Notes under the pieces: model-generated
Databases searched by the model: none
Seen by the model: only the letters and a program-made list of their open reading frames with translations
Told to the model about the DNA's origin: nothing
Position numbers and translations under genes: made by a program
Assembly: GCA_052326585.1 (NCBI GenBank)
Contig: JBKQLU010000066.1
Coordinates: 47,167-111,166 of the forward strand
Origin: Desulfobaccales bacterium
GTDB taxonomy: Bacteria > Desulfobacterota > Desulfobaccia > Desulfobaccales > 0-14-0-80-60-11
Reading direction: 5' to 3'
Length of the DNA stretch: 64,000 bases
Part shown: piece by piece, positions 50,349 to 58,804 of the stretch
Layout: each line of letters starts with the position of its first letter
Position numbering within the stretch: the first letter of the stretch is position 1

Positions 50349-50867
50349 CTATTTCGATCCCGGCTGCAGCAACCTCATCAGCTCCCAGGTCTTCTCGGTC
50401 ATGGCGGCCTCCTCCGGAGGCGTCCCATGATCGTAGCCCAGCAGGTGTAATATACCGTGAATCAGGAAAAAGTCGAAGAGTTCCTGCCAGGGCCAGCCAA
50501 GTTCCCTGGCCTGGTTGACGGTGGTCTCCAGGGAGATGACCACCTCTCCCAGGAGCGTCGGCGGGCCTGACCTGGAGCCGGAGCGAGGCCCAGGGTCAGG
50601 GGCGAGGGCGTCCCGGCTTTTCCGGGCTGGCCCCTCTCCGGCTAAGGCGGGATTGGGGGCGTCCAGGGGGAAGGAGATAACGTTGGTGGGGCTCCGGCGC
50701 CCGAAGGTCTCGCGGTTGAGGCGGGCCATGGCCCGGTCCCCCAGGATGGTGAGGCTCAGCTCCGCCTCAGACCATCCCAAGGCGTTTAAGATCTTCCCGG
50801 CTCTTTTCTTGATTCTCTCCGGATTTAGCGCCATTTTTCTTTGGCGGTTGCTTATCCAAATCCTCAT
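50349..50867 (-). CDS. ybeY: rRNA maturation endoribonuclease YbeY, with a Pro/Arg-rich insertion
   Basis: HGILHLLGYDH zinc motif, LNRETFGR..PTNVISF and LGEVVIS; start MRIWISN at 50867. Confidence 0.92.
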   Translation of the reverse strand: MRIWISNRQRKMALNPERIKKRAGKILNALGWSEAELSLTILGDRAMARLNRETFGRRSPTNVISFPLDAPNPALAGEGPARKSRDALAPDPGPRSGSRSGPPTLLGEVVISLETTVNQARELGWPWQELFDFFLIHGILHLLGYDHGTPPEEAAMTEKTWELMRLLQPGSK

Positions 50868-53205
50868 GGATTCTCTTCTTTTCAACGCTCTGGGGATAAT
50901 GGATGCGATGGTGGAAGATGCCACCCAGGATCTTGTGAAAGCTCTTGGCGATGTTGTGCAAGTCCCTCAGGGTCAGCTCGCATTCGTCCATCTGGCCGTC
51001 GGCGAAGACATTGTTGACGATCTTCTGCACCAATCCCTGGATACGGGCCGGGGTAGGATCGCTGAGGGTCCGGGAGGCGGCCTCCGCCTGGTCCGCCAGC
51101 AGGACCAACCCGGCTTCCTTGGTTTGGGGCCGGGGGCCGGGATAGCGATAGTCCTCGGCTTTTACCGCCTGGGGGTTGGCCGCCTGGGACTGGGCCTTAT
51201 GGTAAAAATAGGTGATAAAGCTGGTGCCGTGATGCTGCTGGATGATGTCGGTAATGGCCCCCCCCAGTTTTTGTTTCCGGGCCAGGTCCACCCCGTCCTT
51301 GACGTGGGAAATGAGAATCAGGCTACTCAAAGAGGGGGCCAACTTTTCGTGCTTGTTTTCCCCCTCCATCTGGTTTTCCACGAAATAGACGGGTTTTTTG
51401 ATTTTCCCGATGTCGTGGTAATAGGCCGCCGCCTTGGCCAGCATGGGATTGGCGCCGATGGCTTCGGCCGCCGCCTCCACCATCTGGCCCACCACCAGGG
51501 AATGGTGGTAGGTGCCCGGGGCCATCAGCATCAAATCCCGGAGCACCGGCTGATCCAGGTTCAAAAGTTCCAGCAGGCGGATGTTGGAGGAGAAGCGGAA
51601 GCCCACCTCCATAATCGGGGTGAGACCCAGGGCCAGGATGCCGGTGAGCAAGCCCCCGGATAAGGCGAAGATCTCCCCGTTGAACAGGTCCTGGAAGCCG
51701 AAGGGGTATTCCACCAGTTTGAAAGCGACCAGGAGGGCCATGTTGGCCACGCTGATGGCCAGCCCCGCCTCGATCAGGGCACTGCGGCGGCGGCAGTTCT
51801 TCACCCCCCAAACCGCTACCAGGCCGCCAATGACAAAGTAGAGGAACAGGGGAAAGGGCCGCTCCACCATCAGGGCGGTAAAGGTGGCGTTCAAAAAGGC
51901 CACTCCCACCGCGGTTTCCAGACCCAGGAACATGGCGGCCAAGATGGCCGGCAGCCCCAGGGGTAGGATAAATACCAGGTTTTGGCCCACCAGCGGCAGA
52001 CTCCAGGATAGATTCTCGCCCAGGACCAGAAGAGATTTATCCAGCAGGGCGCTGGCCAGCAGCAAGACCGCCAGGAAGGCCAGGTCCCGGAGGCTCTGGG
52101 AAAAGTTCCGCAGGGAGAGACTGGCCAACTGGTAAAAGACCGCCAGCAGCAGGATCAGGGTGAAGAAAATGCCCAGGAACACCACCACCACCCGGCTGCG
52201 GGGATAGAGTTTGCTCTGGGCTTGCAATTGCGCCAGGTGCAGGCCGGTGATGGGCTCCCCTTCCCGCACCAGCATCTCGCCCCGTTTGACCTTGAAATAG
52301 ACCGGCTGCAAGGAACTTAGTTTGGCTTTTTGCAGCTCGCTGGTTGCGGCCAGGTTGGGCGAGACGTTGGGTACCAGCAGATGCTGGGCCAAATCGCACA
52401 CCAGCAAGCGTTCCGGCGGCGACAGCTCTGCCGCCACCTCTCCGCAATAGCCGGCGACGAACTTTCGGCCCTCATCCATTTCCACAAAGGGAAAGGGGGC
52501 CTGCTCCAACTCTTCTTTTTGGGAAGGCAGGCGCCGCACCAGGATCTTCTTGGGGGCCGGCTGCAGGATGCTGCGGCTGCTGATCACTCCTTGATTGAAA
52601 AACTGGCCCAGAACCTGGCTGGTCATGGCCTCCAGGTAGGGGGAGAAATCGGTCTTGACCAGCAGTGAGAAGGTGGAATTGGGGATGGATGTCCCCAGGA
52701 GCCGGTCGAACTCCGGCTTATGATCCAGCAGCATTTTATAGGAGGCGTCCCCCCGGGCCCGGTTGCCGGACGCCGGGCGCCCTCCGTTGGCAGACGACTG
52801 GTTTTCTTGGGAAAGGAGGCGCAGATAATCCATGGCCTTATGGAGGCGCTGCTGGACCTTATCGGCCATTTGCTCCTCCAGGTCGAAGACCGGCGGAATC
52901 TGGGCCAGCAGTTCCTGCTGCCGTTGGTTGGTGGTCTGCACGTCCTCCACCAGAAAGCCCCTGATGGCCTTGACGTTCTCCCGGGCGATGTCCCCCACCC
53001 GATATTGCCTGGCGGTGGAGGGAACCCGGGGCGACAGGATAAAGGCCAGCCCCAGGCTCAAAAATAATAGCAGCGCCAGTTTGAAGGTCCGCTCCTCCCG
53101 GGGCGACGCCGGCAGCTTGCCGCACAGGGAGCGGGGCAGGTGGGAGCGCAGGCGCTCCAGCCCGAAGAGGTGCCGGATTTTTTCGCGCGGTTCTTTGTCA
53201 AACAT
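50767..53205 (-). CDS. 7TM-HD phosphohydrolase (PgpH-like cyclic-dinucleotide phosphodiesterase family)
   Basis: Extracellular domain, 7 TM, APGTYHHS, YYHDIGK, QHHGT and YPGPRPQTKE. Confidence 0.92.
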   Translation of the reverse strand: MFDKEPREKIRHLFGLERLRSHLPRSLCGKLPASPREERTFKLALLLFLSLGLAFILSPRVPSTARQYRVGDIARENVKAIRGFLVEDVQTTNQRQQELLAQIPPVFDLEEQMADKVQQRLHKAMDYLRLLSQENQSSANGGRPASGNRARGDASYKMLLDHKPEFDRLLGTSIPNSTFSLLVKTDFSPYLEAMTSQVLGQFFNQGVISSRSILQPAPKKILVRRLPSQKEELEQAPFPFVEMDEGRKFVAGYCGEVAAELSPPERLLVCDLAQHLLVPNVSPNLAATSELQKAKLSSLQPVYFKVKRGEMLVREGEPITGLHLAQLQAQSKLYPRSRVVVVFLGIFFTLILLLAVFYQLASLSLRNFSQSLRDLAFLAVLLLASALLDKSLLVLGENLSWSLPLVGQNLVFILPLGLPAILAAMFLGLETAVGVAFLNATFTALMVERPFPLFLYFVIGGLVAVWGVKNCRRRSALIEAGLAISVANMALLVAFKLVEYPFGFQDLFNGEIFALSGGLLTGILALGLTPIMEVGFRFSSNIRLLELLNLDQPVLRDLMLMAPGTYHHSLVVGQMVEAAAEAIGANPMLAKAAAYYHDIGKIKKPVYFVENQMEGENKHEKLAPSLSSLILISHVKDGVDLARKQKLGGAITDIIQQHHGTSFITYFYHKAQSQAANPQAVKAEDYRYPGPRPQTKEAGLVLLADQAEAASRTLSDPTPARIQGLVQKIVNNVFADGQMDECELTLRDLHNIAKSFHKILGGIFHHRIHYPQSVEKKRIHEDLDKQPPKKNGAKSGENQEKSREDLKRLGMV

Positions 53206-53267
53206 GGGAGTGGCCCGTTGGCGCCGGCGCCTCGCCCGCGCCTGATTTCTTTGATTTCTGGCCCTGG

Positions 53268-54254
53268 TTAAGCATGGGGAAGCTCTCCCGGGGCAGAATC
53301 CCGCCGCGGCCGGCGGCTGTCATAGGCCCGGATAATATCCTGCACCAGAGGATGGCGCACCACGTCCCGCTCGCTGAAATGCACCTGGGAGATACCCTCC
53401 ACCCCCTTAAGCAAGTCCCGGGCTTCCACCAACCCGGAGGTCACCCCGGCAGGCAGGTCGATCTGCGTCACATCCCCGGTGATCACCGCCTTGGACCCGA
53501 ACCCCAGGCGGGTAAGAAACATCATCATCTGCTCGGAGGTAGTGTTTTGAGCCTCATCCAGGATGACAAAGGAGTCGTTCAGGGTCCGGCCCCGCATGAA
53601 GGCCAGGGGGGCCACCTCGATGATGCCCCGCTGCACCAAACGGCTGGCCTTCTCGAAATCCATCATGTCGTGCAGGGCGTCGTATAGGGGCCGGAGATAA
53701 GGGTTGACCTTTTCCGCCAGGTCTCCGGGCAGGAAACCGAGCTTTTCTCCGGCCTCCACGGCGGGCCGGGTGAGGACGATGCGGATGAACTCCTGGTTCA
53801 TCAGGGCCGCCACCCCCATGGCCATGGCCAGATAGGTCTTGCCGGTGCCCGCCGGTCCCACCCCGAAGACGATGTCGTGGATGCGCATAGCCTCGATGTA
53901 GCGTTTCTGATTGATGCTCTTCGGCGAAATGCGCCTCTTCATGGAGGAGATATAAACCGTGTCCATGAAGATCTCCTTGATCGACGCGGTCTCCCGGTCC
54001 TGGAGAATCCTGATACTATACTGCACATCCTGGGGCAGAAGCGGGTAGCCGTGGCGCAGCAACTCGTAAAGCTCCAGCAGGACCCGCTGGGCCAGATGAA
54101 CATCGGCCTCCGAACCTTCAAAGGTCACTTGGTTGCCCCGCACCGGCAGCTTGACCCCCAAGGTGCGGCTGATGATACGCAGATGCTTGCCCTGTTCCCC
54201 GAACAGGGCCTGGGCCAGGGCGTTATCTTCAAAGGTGAGTTGGGTGGTGGCCAT
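53268..54254 (-). CDS. phoH: PhoH-like ATPase (YbeZ)
   Basis: [28 protein letters not shown] and LDEAQN. Confidence 0.95.
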   Translation of the reverse strand: MATTQLTFEDNALAQALFGEQGKHLRIISRTLGVKLPVRGNQVTFEGSEADVHLAQRVLLELYELLRHGYPLLPQDVQYSIRILQDRETASIKEIFMDTVYISSMKRRISPKSINQKRYIEAMRIHDIVFGVGPAGTGKTYLAMAMGVAALMNQEFIRIVLTRPAVEAGEKLGFLPGDLAEKVNPYLRPLYDALHDMMDFEKASRLVQRGIIEVAPLAFMRGRTLNDSFVILDEAQNTTSEQMMMFLTRLGFGSKAVITGDVTQIDLPAGVTSGLVEARDLLKGVEGISQVHFSERDVVRHPLVQDIIRAYDSRRPRRDSAPGELPHA

Positions 54255-54264
54255 GGTATCGGTT

Positions 54265-54717
54265 TTAGGCGAGGCAGTCTTCACGCGGTGGGGCCTGTAA
54301 CCCCAAAACCTGGCCCCCAATCTGGCGCTGCCGGGGCCGGTTGTCAAAATCGAGGAGGACGATCTGCTGCCAGGTGCCCAATTGGAGCCGCCCCTGGTCG
54401 ATGGGAATGCTCAGCGAGGGTTTGAGGAAGGCCGCCCGGACATGTGCATAGCCGTTGCCGTCACCCCAGCGGCGGTCATGCCCGTAGTCCAGGTCTTGGG
54501 GGAAAAGCCGCGCGATGGCGGCCTGTAAATCCTGCACCACACCGCTCTCATATTCGATGGTGGTCAAGGCCGCGGTGGAACCGGAAATGAACAGGGTCAG
54601 CAAGCCCGCGCTCACCCCGGTGTCGCGAACCTTGGCAGCCACCTGCGGGGTCAGGTCCAGAACGTCGGTGCCGGCCGTAGTTTCCACCTCTATAGTGAAC
54701 GACTGCAAAAAGAACAT
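54265..54717 (-). CDS. yjbQ: YjbQ/UPF0047 family protein
   Basis: [16 protein letters not shown] and LGTWQQI..DFD. Confidence 0.9.
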   Translation of the reverse strand: MFFLQSFTIEVETTAGTDVLDLTPQVAAKVRDTGVSAGLLTLFISGSTAALTTIEYESGVVQDLQAAIARLFPQDLDYGHDRRWGDGNGYAHVRAAFLKPSLSIPIDQGRLQLGTWQQIVLLDFDNRPRQRQIGGQVLGLQAPPREDCLA

Positions 54718-54936
54718 CGCTTCGGGCAAATTCTCACCGGAATCCGCAGCCAGTTGCCATTACTGCGGTGGCGTCAGCGCTGCTTCTAATTTTCTCATAA
54801 TCTTATCACTTAGCAATCCACTCGTGGCGATATTTTTTGTTTTAGCAGTGAAAATTTTTAATCCGGGGCTGAATTCCGGTTCTTTTTTTCCGGTCTTCCT
54901 GGTTTAACCGTGGAGCTGCCAAGGCCGGTATCTTTT

Positions 54937-54992
54937 GTAGGGGCGGGGTTTCCCCGCCCAAGGCAAGCCCACAGGCCAGAGGCCTGTGCCAC
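54937..54992. repeat. Composite REP elements in the yjbQ/lysS divergent gap
   Basis: GTAGGGGCGGGGTTTCCCCGCCC (54937-54959) and CACAGGCCAGAGGCCTGTGCCAC (54970-54992; same family as 6985-7007). Confidence 0.75.
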
Positions 54993-55105
54993 TGAGACGC
55001 CGCCCCTCCGGACGCGATGGAATCGGGAATCAACTATGTATAATTCCTTTATTTTGACGGCTTGCCGCGCGTCCCGGCTCCCCAGCCGCCCGGCTCCATT
55101 AAGGC

Positions 55106-55134
55106 TTGACTAAGGCCCCTGAATAATCTAAAAA
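55106..55134 (+). promoter_or_regulatory. Putative sigma70 promoter of lysS
   Basis: TTGACT-N17-TAAAAA, about 55 bp upstream of the TTG start. Confidence 0.45.
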
Positions 55135-55190
55135 TTTGGAGTTTGAGAAAATTGATGCCGCGATATCTCCTCCGGGAAACAGGCTGAAGC

Positions 55191-56681
55191 TTGGCGCTAT
55201 CCGACCAGATCAGAAGTCAACGTCTTAAAAAGCTAAAAGAGCTGCGGGACCGGGGAGTCGACCCCTTTTCCAACCGCTTCGCGCCCAGCCATAGCATCGC
55301 CCAGGTGATCAAGCAATTCGGCTCCCGGACCAAACCCGAATTGGAGCATCTGAGTGATAAGAGCTTCAAACTGGCCGGGCGCCTGATGCTCCTCCGGGAG
55401 TTCGGCAAGACCTGCTTCGGCACCCTCCAGGATGGCGGCAGCCGCCTGCAGATCTACCTCCAGCGGCAGGTCCTGGGCGAGGAGGACTATGCCTCCTTCC
55501 AGCGCTTCATCGATCTGGGGGACATTATCGGGGTGGCCGGCACCCTGTTCCGCACCCGGACCGATGAACTCACCCTGGCGGTTAAGAGCTTTGTGCTCCT
55601 GACCAAGTCTCTGCGGCCCCTGCCGGAGAAATACCACGGCCTCAGCAATGTTGAGACCAGGTATCGCCAACGCTACCTGGACCTGATGGTTAATCCCGAG
55701 GTGCACCAGGTCTTCGAGACTCGGACCAAAATCATCCGCACCATTAGACAATTTTTCGATAAGAAAGGATTTTTAGAAGTAGAGACCCCAATGATGCAAC
55801 CCATCCCGGGGGGAGCCACGGCCAAGCCTTTCGTTACTCACCACAAGGCCCTTGGCATGAAATTATATCTGCGTATTGCCCCGGAACTCTATTTAAAGCG
55901 CCTGGTGGTGGGCGGAATTAACAAAGTTTACGAAATTAATCGCAACTTTAGAAATGAAGGGCTATCTATTAAACATAATCCGGAATTTACTATGTTAGAA
56001 TTTTATCAAGCTTACGCCAATTATAAATATCTTATGACGATTACTGAAAAACTTATCCAAACTATTGCTAAGAATAGCATAGGGACCCTTTGTTTTAAAT
56101 ATCAGGGCCAGGATATTGATTTAGAAGGCAGATGGCGCAGGATTGATCTGAAAGAATCGTTAATAAAGATTGGTAACATAACCCCTGAGATTGTCAATGA
56201 CGAGGAAAAACTTATAGATTTTGCCAAGGAGGCGGGGGTGGAACTGCGCCAAGGCGAGGGTTACGGCCGGGCCCTGACCAAGCTCTTCGATCTCAGGGTC
56301 GAGGAGCAACTCTTGCAGCCCACCTTCATCACCGGCTACCCCCTGGAGACCTCTCCCCTGTCCCGCAAAAATGATAGGGACCCTAAAGTGGTCGACCGCT
56401 TCGAACTCTTCATTGCCGGCCGGGAGATGGCCAATGGTTTCTCCGAGCTCAACGACCCGGTGGACCAGAAAAAACGCTTCGTCAGGCAAATGCAGGCCCA
56501 CAAGGCTGGGAACAAAGAGGCCCCTCACGCGGTGGACGAAGACTTTATCCAGGCCCTGGAGTACGGCCTGCCGCCCACTGCCGGGGAGGGCCTCGGCATC
56601 GACCGCCTGGTGATGCTCTTGACCGATGCACCCTCCATCCGGGATGTCATTCTCTTCCCGCTGCTCCGGCCGGAAAGGTAA
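55191..56681 (+). CDS. lysS: Lysine--tRNA ligase (class II)
   Basis: OB-fold, RYRQRYLDL, YLRIAPELYLK, FRNEG..HNPEF and GLGIDRL..IRDVILFP. Confidence 0.98.
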   Translation: MALSDQIRSQRLKKLKELRDRGVDPFSNRFAPSHSIAQVIKQFGSRTKPELEHLSDKSFKLAGRLMLLREFGKTCFGTLQDGGSRLQIYLQRQVLGEEDYASFQRFIDLGDIIGVAGTLFRTRTDELTLAVKSFVLLTKSLRPLPEKYHGLSNVETRYRQRYLDLMVNPEVHQVFETRTKIIRTIRQFFDKKGFLEVETPMMQPIPGGATAKPFVTHHKALGMKLYLRIAPELYLKRLVVGGINKVYEINRNFRNEGLSIKHNPEFTMLEFYQAYANYKYLMTITEKLIQTIAKNSIGTLCFKYQGQDIDLEGRWRRIDLKESLIKIGNITPEIVNDEEKLIDFAKEAGVELRQGEGYGRALTKLFDLRVEEQLLQPTFITGYPLETSPLSRKNDRDPKVVDRFELFIAGREMANGFSELNDPVDQKKRFVRQMQAHKAGNKEAPHAVDEDFIQALEYGLPPTAGEGLGIDRLVMLLTDAPSIRDVILFPLLRPER

Positions 56682-56686
56682 GCCCC

Positions 56687-57922
56687 TTGGCCTATTTTGA
56701 AACCTTCGTGGCCCTGCGCCTCCTGCGCGGAGTTAAACGCCAGAGAGGCTTCCTGTCACTCAGCACCTTCATCTCCATGGCCGGAGTGGCAGTGGGGGTG
56801 ATGGCCCTCATCGTGGTCATCGGGGTGATGACCGGCTTCACCCAGGAGCTGCGGCGGAAGATTCTCAGCGTCAACGCCCACATCCTGGTCCTGAGACAGG
56901 GAGGCCCCTTTACTTCTTACCAGAAGGAGATGGCCGAAATCGAGGCGGTCCCCGGGGTGCTGTCCGCCGCCCCCTTTATCTACACTCAGGTGATGTTTTC
57001 GGCCCCGGGCAACATCTCGGTCGGGGTGATCCGGGGTCTCGACCCGAAGACCATCAGCCGCGGCGGACCCCAGGGCCTGAAGGTAATCCAGGGGCATTTT
57101 ACCGATCTGGCCGAGTTCGCGCCGGATGAGCCCCCCCCCATCGCCATCGGCACCGAAATGGCCCGTAATCTCAATCTCAGGCCGGGTGACTACCTGAACA
57201 TCATCTCCCCTTTGGGGACCCTGACTCCCATGGGACGCATGCCGCGCATGAAGGCCTTCCGGGTGAGCGTCGTATTCTACTCCGGCATGTATGAATTCGA
57301 TAATAGCCTGGTCTTCACCGGCATTCCGGCCATTCAGGAATTTCTCGGCCTGGGCCGCCGCATCACCGGCCTGGAAGTGGAAATCCGGGATATCTATGCC
57401 GCGGAAGCGCTGCAGGAGCAGATCATGGCGCGCTTAGGCCCCGGTTATTACTGCAAAAACTGGATGCAAATGAACTCCAGCCTCTTCGCGGCCCTGAAGC
57501 TGGAAAAGATCACCATGTTTATCATCCTCACCCTCATCGTATTGGTGGCGGCCTTCGGCATCGCCAGCACCCTGTTCATGATGGTTATGAAGAAGACCCG
57601 GGAGATCGCCATCCTCAAGTCCATGGGAGCCACCCGGCAGTCGGTCATGCGCATCTTCATCCTGAACGGCCTGGCCATCGGCGGCCTGGGGACCCTGGTG
57701 GGCCTGGGCCTGGGCCTGGGGCTCTGCGGGTTGCTGGAAAAATATGAGTTTATCAAGCTGCCCGCCGGGGTATATGGTCTCTCCACCCTGCCGGTGCGGA
57801 TCCAGAGCCTGGACGTTCTGACCATTGTGCTGGCCGCCATGGCGATCAGTTTCCTGGCGACCTTGTACCCCTCCTGGCAGGCGGCCCGGTTGGATCCGGT
57901 GGAGGCCATCAGGTATGAGTGA
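56687..57922 (+). CDS. lolE: Lipoprotein-releasing ABC transporter permease LolE/LolC
   Basis: GVAVGVMALIVV..VMTGF, EKITMF, EIAILKSMGA and ATLYPSWQAARLDPVEAIRYE. Confidence 0.93.
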   Translation: MAYFETFVALRLLRGVKRQRGFLSLSTFISMAGVAVGVMALIVVIGVMTGFTQELRRKILSVNAHILVLRQGGPFTSYQKEMAEIEAVPGVLSAAPFIYTQVMFSAPGNISVGVIRGLDPKTISRGGPQGLKVIQGHFTDLAEFAPDEPPPIAIGTEMARNLNLRPGDYLNIISPLGTLTPMGRMPRMKAFRVSVVFYSGMYEFDNSLVFTGIPAIQEFLGLGRRITGLEVEIRDIYAAEALQEQIMARLGPGYYCKNWMQMNSSLFAALKLEKITMFIILTLIVLVAAFGIASTLFMMVMKKTREIAILKSMGATRQSVMRIFILNGLAIGGLGTLVGLGLGLGLCGLLEKYEFIKLPAGVYGLSTLPVRIQSLDVLTIVLAAMAISFLATLYPSWQAARLDPVEAIRYE

Positions 57923-58042
57923 GCGCTGCGGGCGCAATGGTCGGCGGCGGCGGGTTCCATTTTCGGTACCGTAGTGGATTGGCCGCGGGGGCGGCGAACA
58001 CCAACTAACATCTTACCACTCAGCCAGTCAAACCTATCGAGA

Positions 58043-58071
58043 TTGACGCGCTCTCGGGAAAGTGTTAATGT
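58043..58071 (+). promoter_or_regulatory. Internal sigma70 promoter upstream of lolD-bamA
   Basis: TTGACG-N17-TAATGT with an extended -10 TG, in the lolE-lolD gap. Confidence 0.55.
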
Positions 58072-58093
58072 ACTAAACGCGGTAGAAGAGAAT

Positions 58094-58804
58094 ATGGCGG
58101 AGCGCAGCCGGTCTGAGACTCCCCCCAAGATACAGGTCCGGGGTCTGGTCAAGACCTTCAAGAATAATGGTATCCAGGTGCCCGTGCTCACCGGGGTGGA
58201 CCTCGACATACCCCAGGGGGAAACCATTGCGGTGGTGGGGGCCTCGGGAGTGGGCAAATCCACCCTCCTCCATATCCTGGGAACCCTGGAGCGCCCCAGC
58301 AGCGGAGAGATTCTCTGGGAAGGCAGCAATGTCTTCGCCATGGATGACAAGCCCCTGGCGGCCTTTCGCAATCGCAAGCTGGGGTTTGTCTTCCAATTTC
58401 ATCACCTGCTACCTGAGTTCAATGCTCTGGAAAACGTCATGATGCCGGCCCTCATCGCCCGGGAGCTCCAGGGGCTGGCCCGGGACAAGGCCGAGGCCAT
58501 CCTGGTGCGGGTCGGTTTGAAGGACCGCCTGAGTTACCGGGTAAGCAGGCTGTCCGGCGGTGAACAGCAGCGGGTGGCGGTGGCCCGGGCCCTGGTACTG
58601 GAGCCGGAAGTTCTCCTGGCGGACGAACCAACCGGCAACCTGGATCCCAAGAGCGGCGCCAGGGTGCAGGAACTCATCCTGGAACTCAATCACGAACGGG
58701 GCCTCACCTCCGTAATTGTCACTCATAACCAGGAGTTGGCTCGAGCCCTGGACCGGCGCATAAGCCTGGTGGATGGCAAGGCCATGATTCTACAGGGGGA
58801 ATGA
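58094..58804 (+). CDS. lolD: Lipoprotein-releasing ABC transporter ATPase LolD
   Basis: [27 protein letters not shown] and ADEPTGNLD. Confidence 0.95.
   Translation: MAERSRSETPPKIQVRGLVKTFKNNGIQVPVLTGVDLDIPQGETIAVVGASGVGKSTLLHILGTLERPSSGEILWEGSNVFAMDDKPLAAFRNRKLGFVFQFHHLLPEFNALENVMMPALIARELQGLARDKAEAILVRVGLKDRLSYRVSRLSGGEQQRVAVARALVLEPEVLLADEPTGNLDPKSGARVQELILELNHERGLTSVIVTHNQELARALDRRISLVDGKAMILQGE

Noticed and set aside
55968-55995. dif-like site in the lysS AT patch (ATTAAACATAA matches the reverse XerD arm ATTTAACATAA at 10/11)
   Set aside because: No XerC arm after a 6-bp spacer (ATTTACTATGT); the match is explained by AT-rich codons for the I-K-H-N part of the conserved HNPEF motif.
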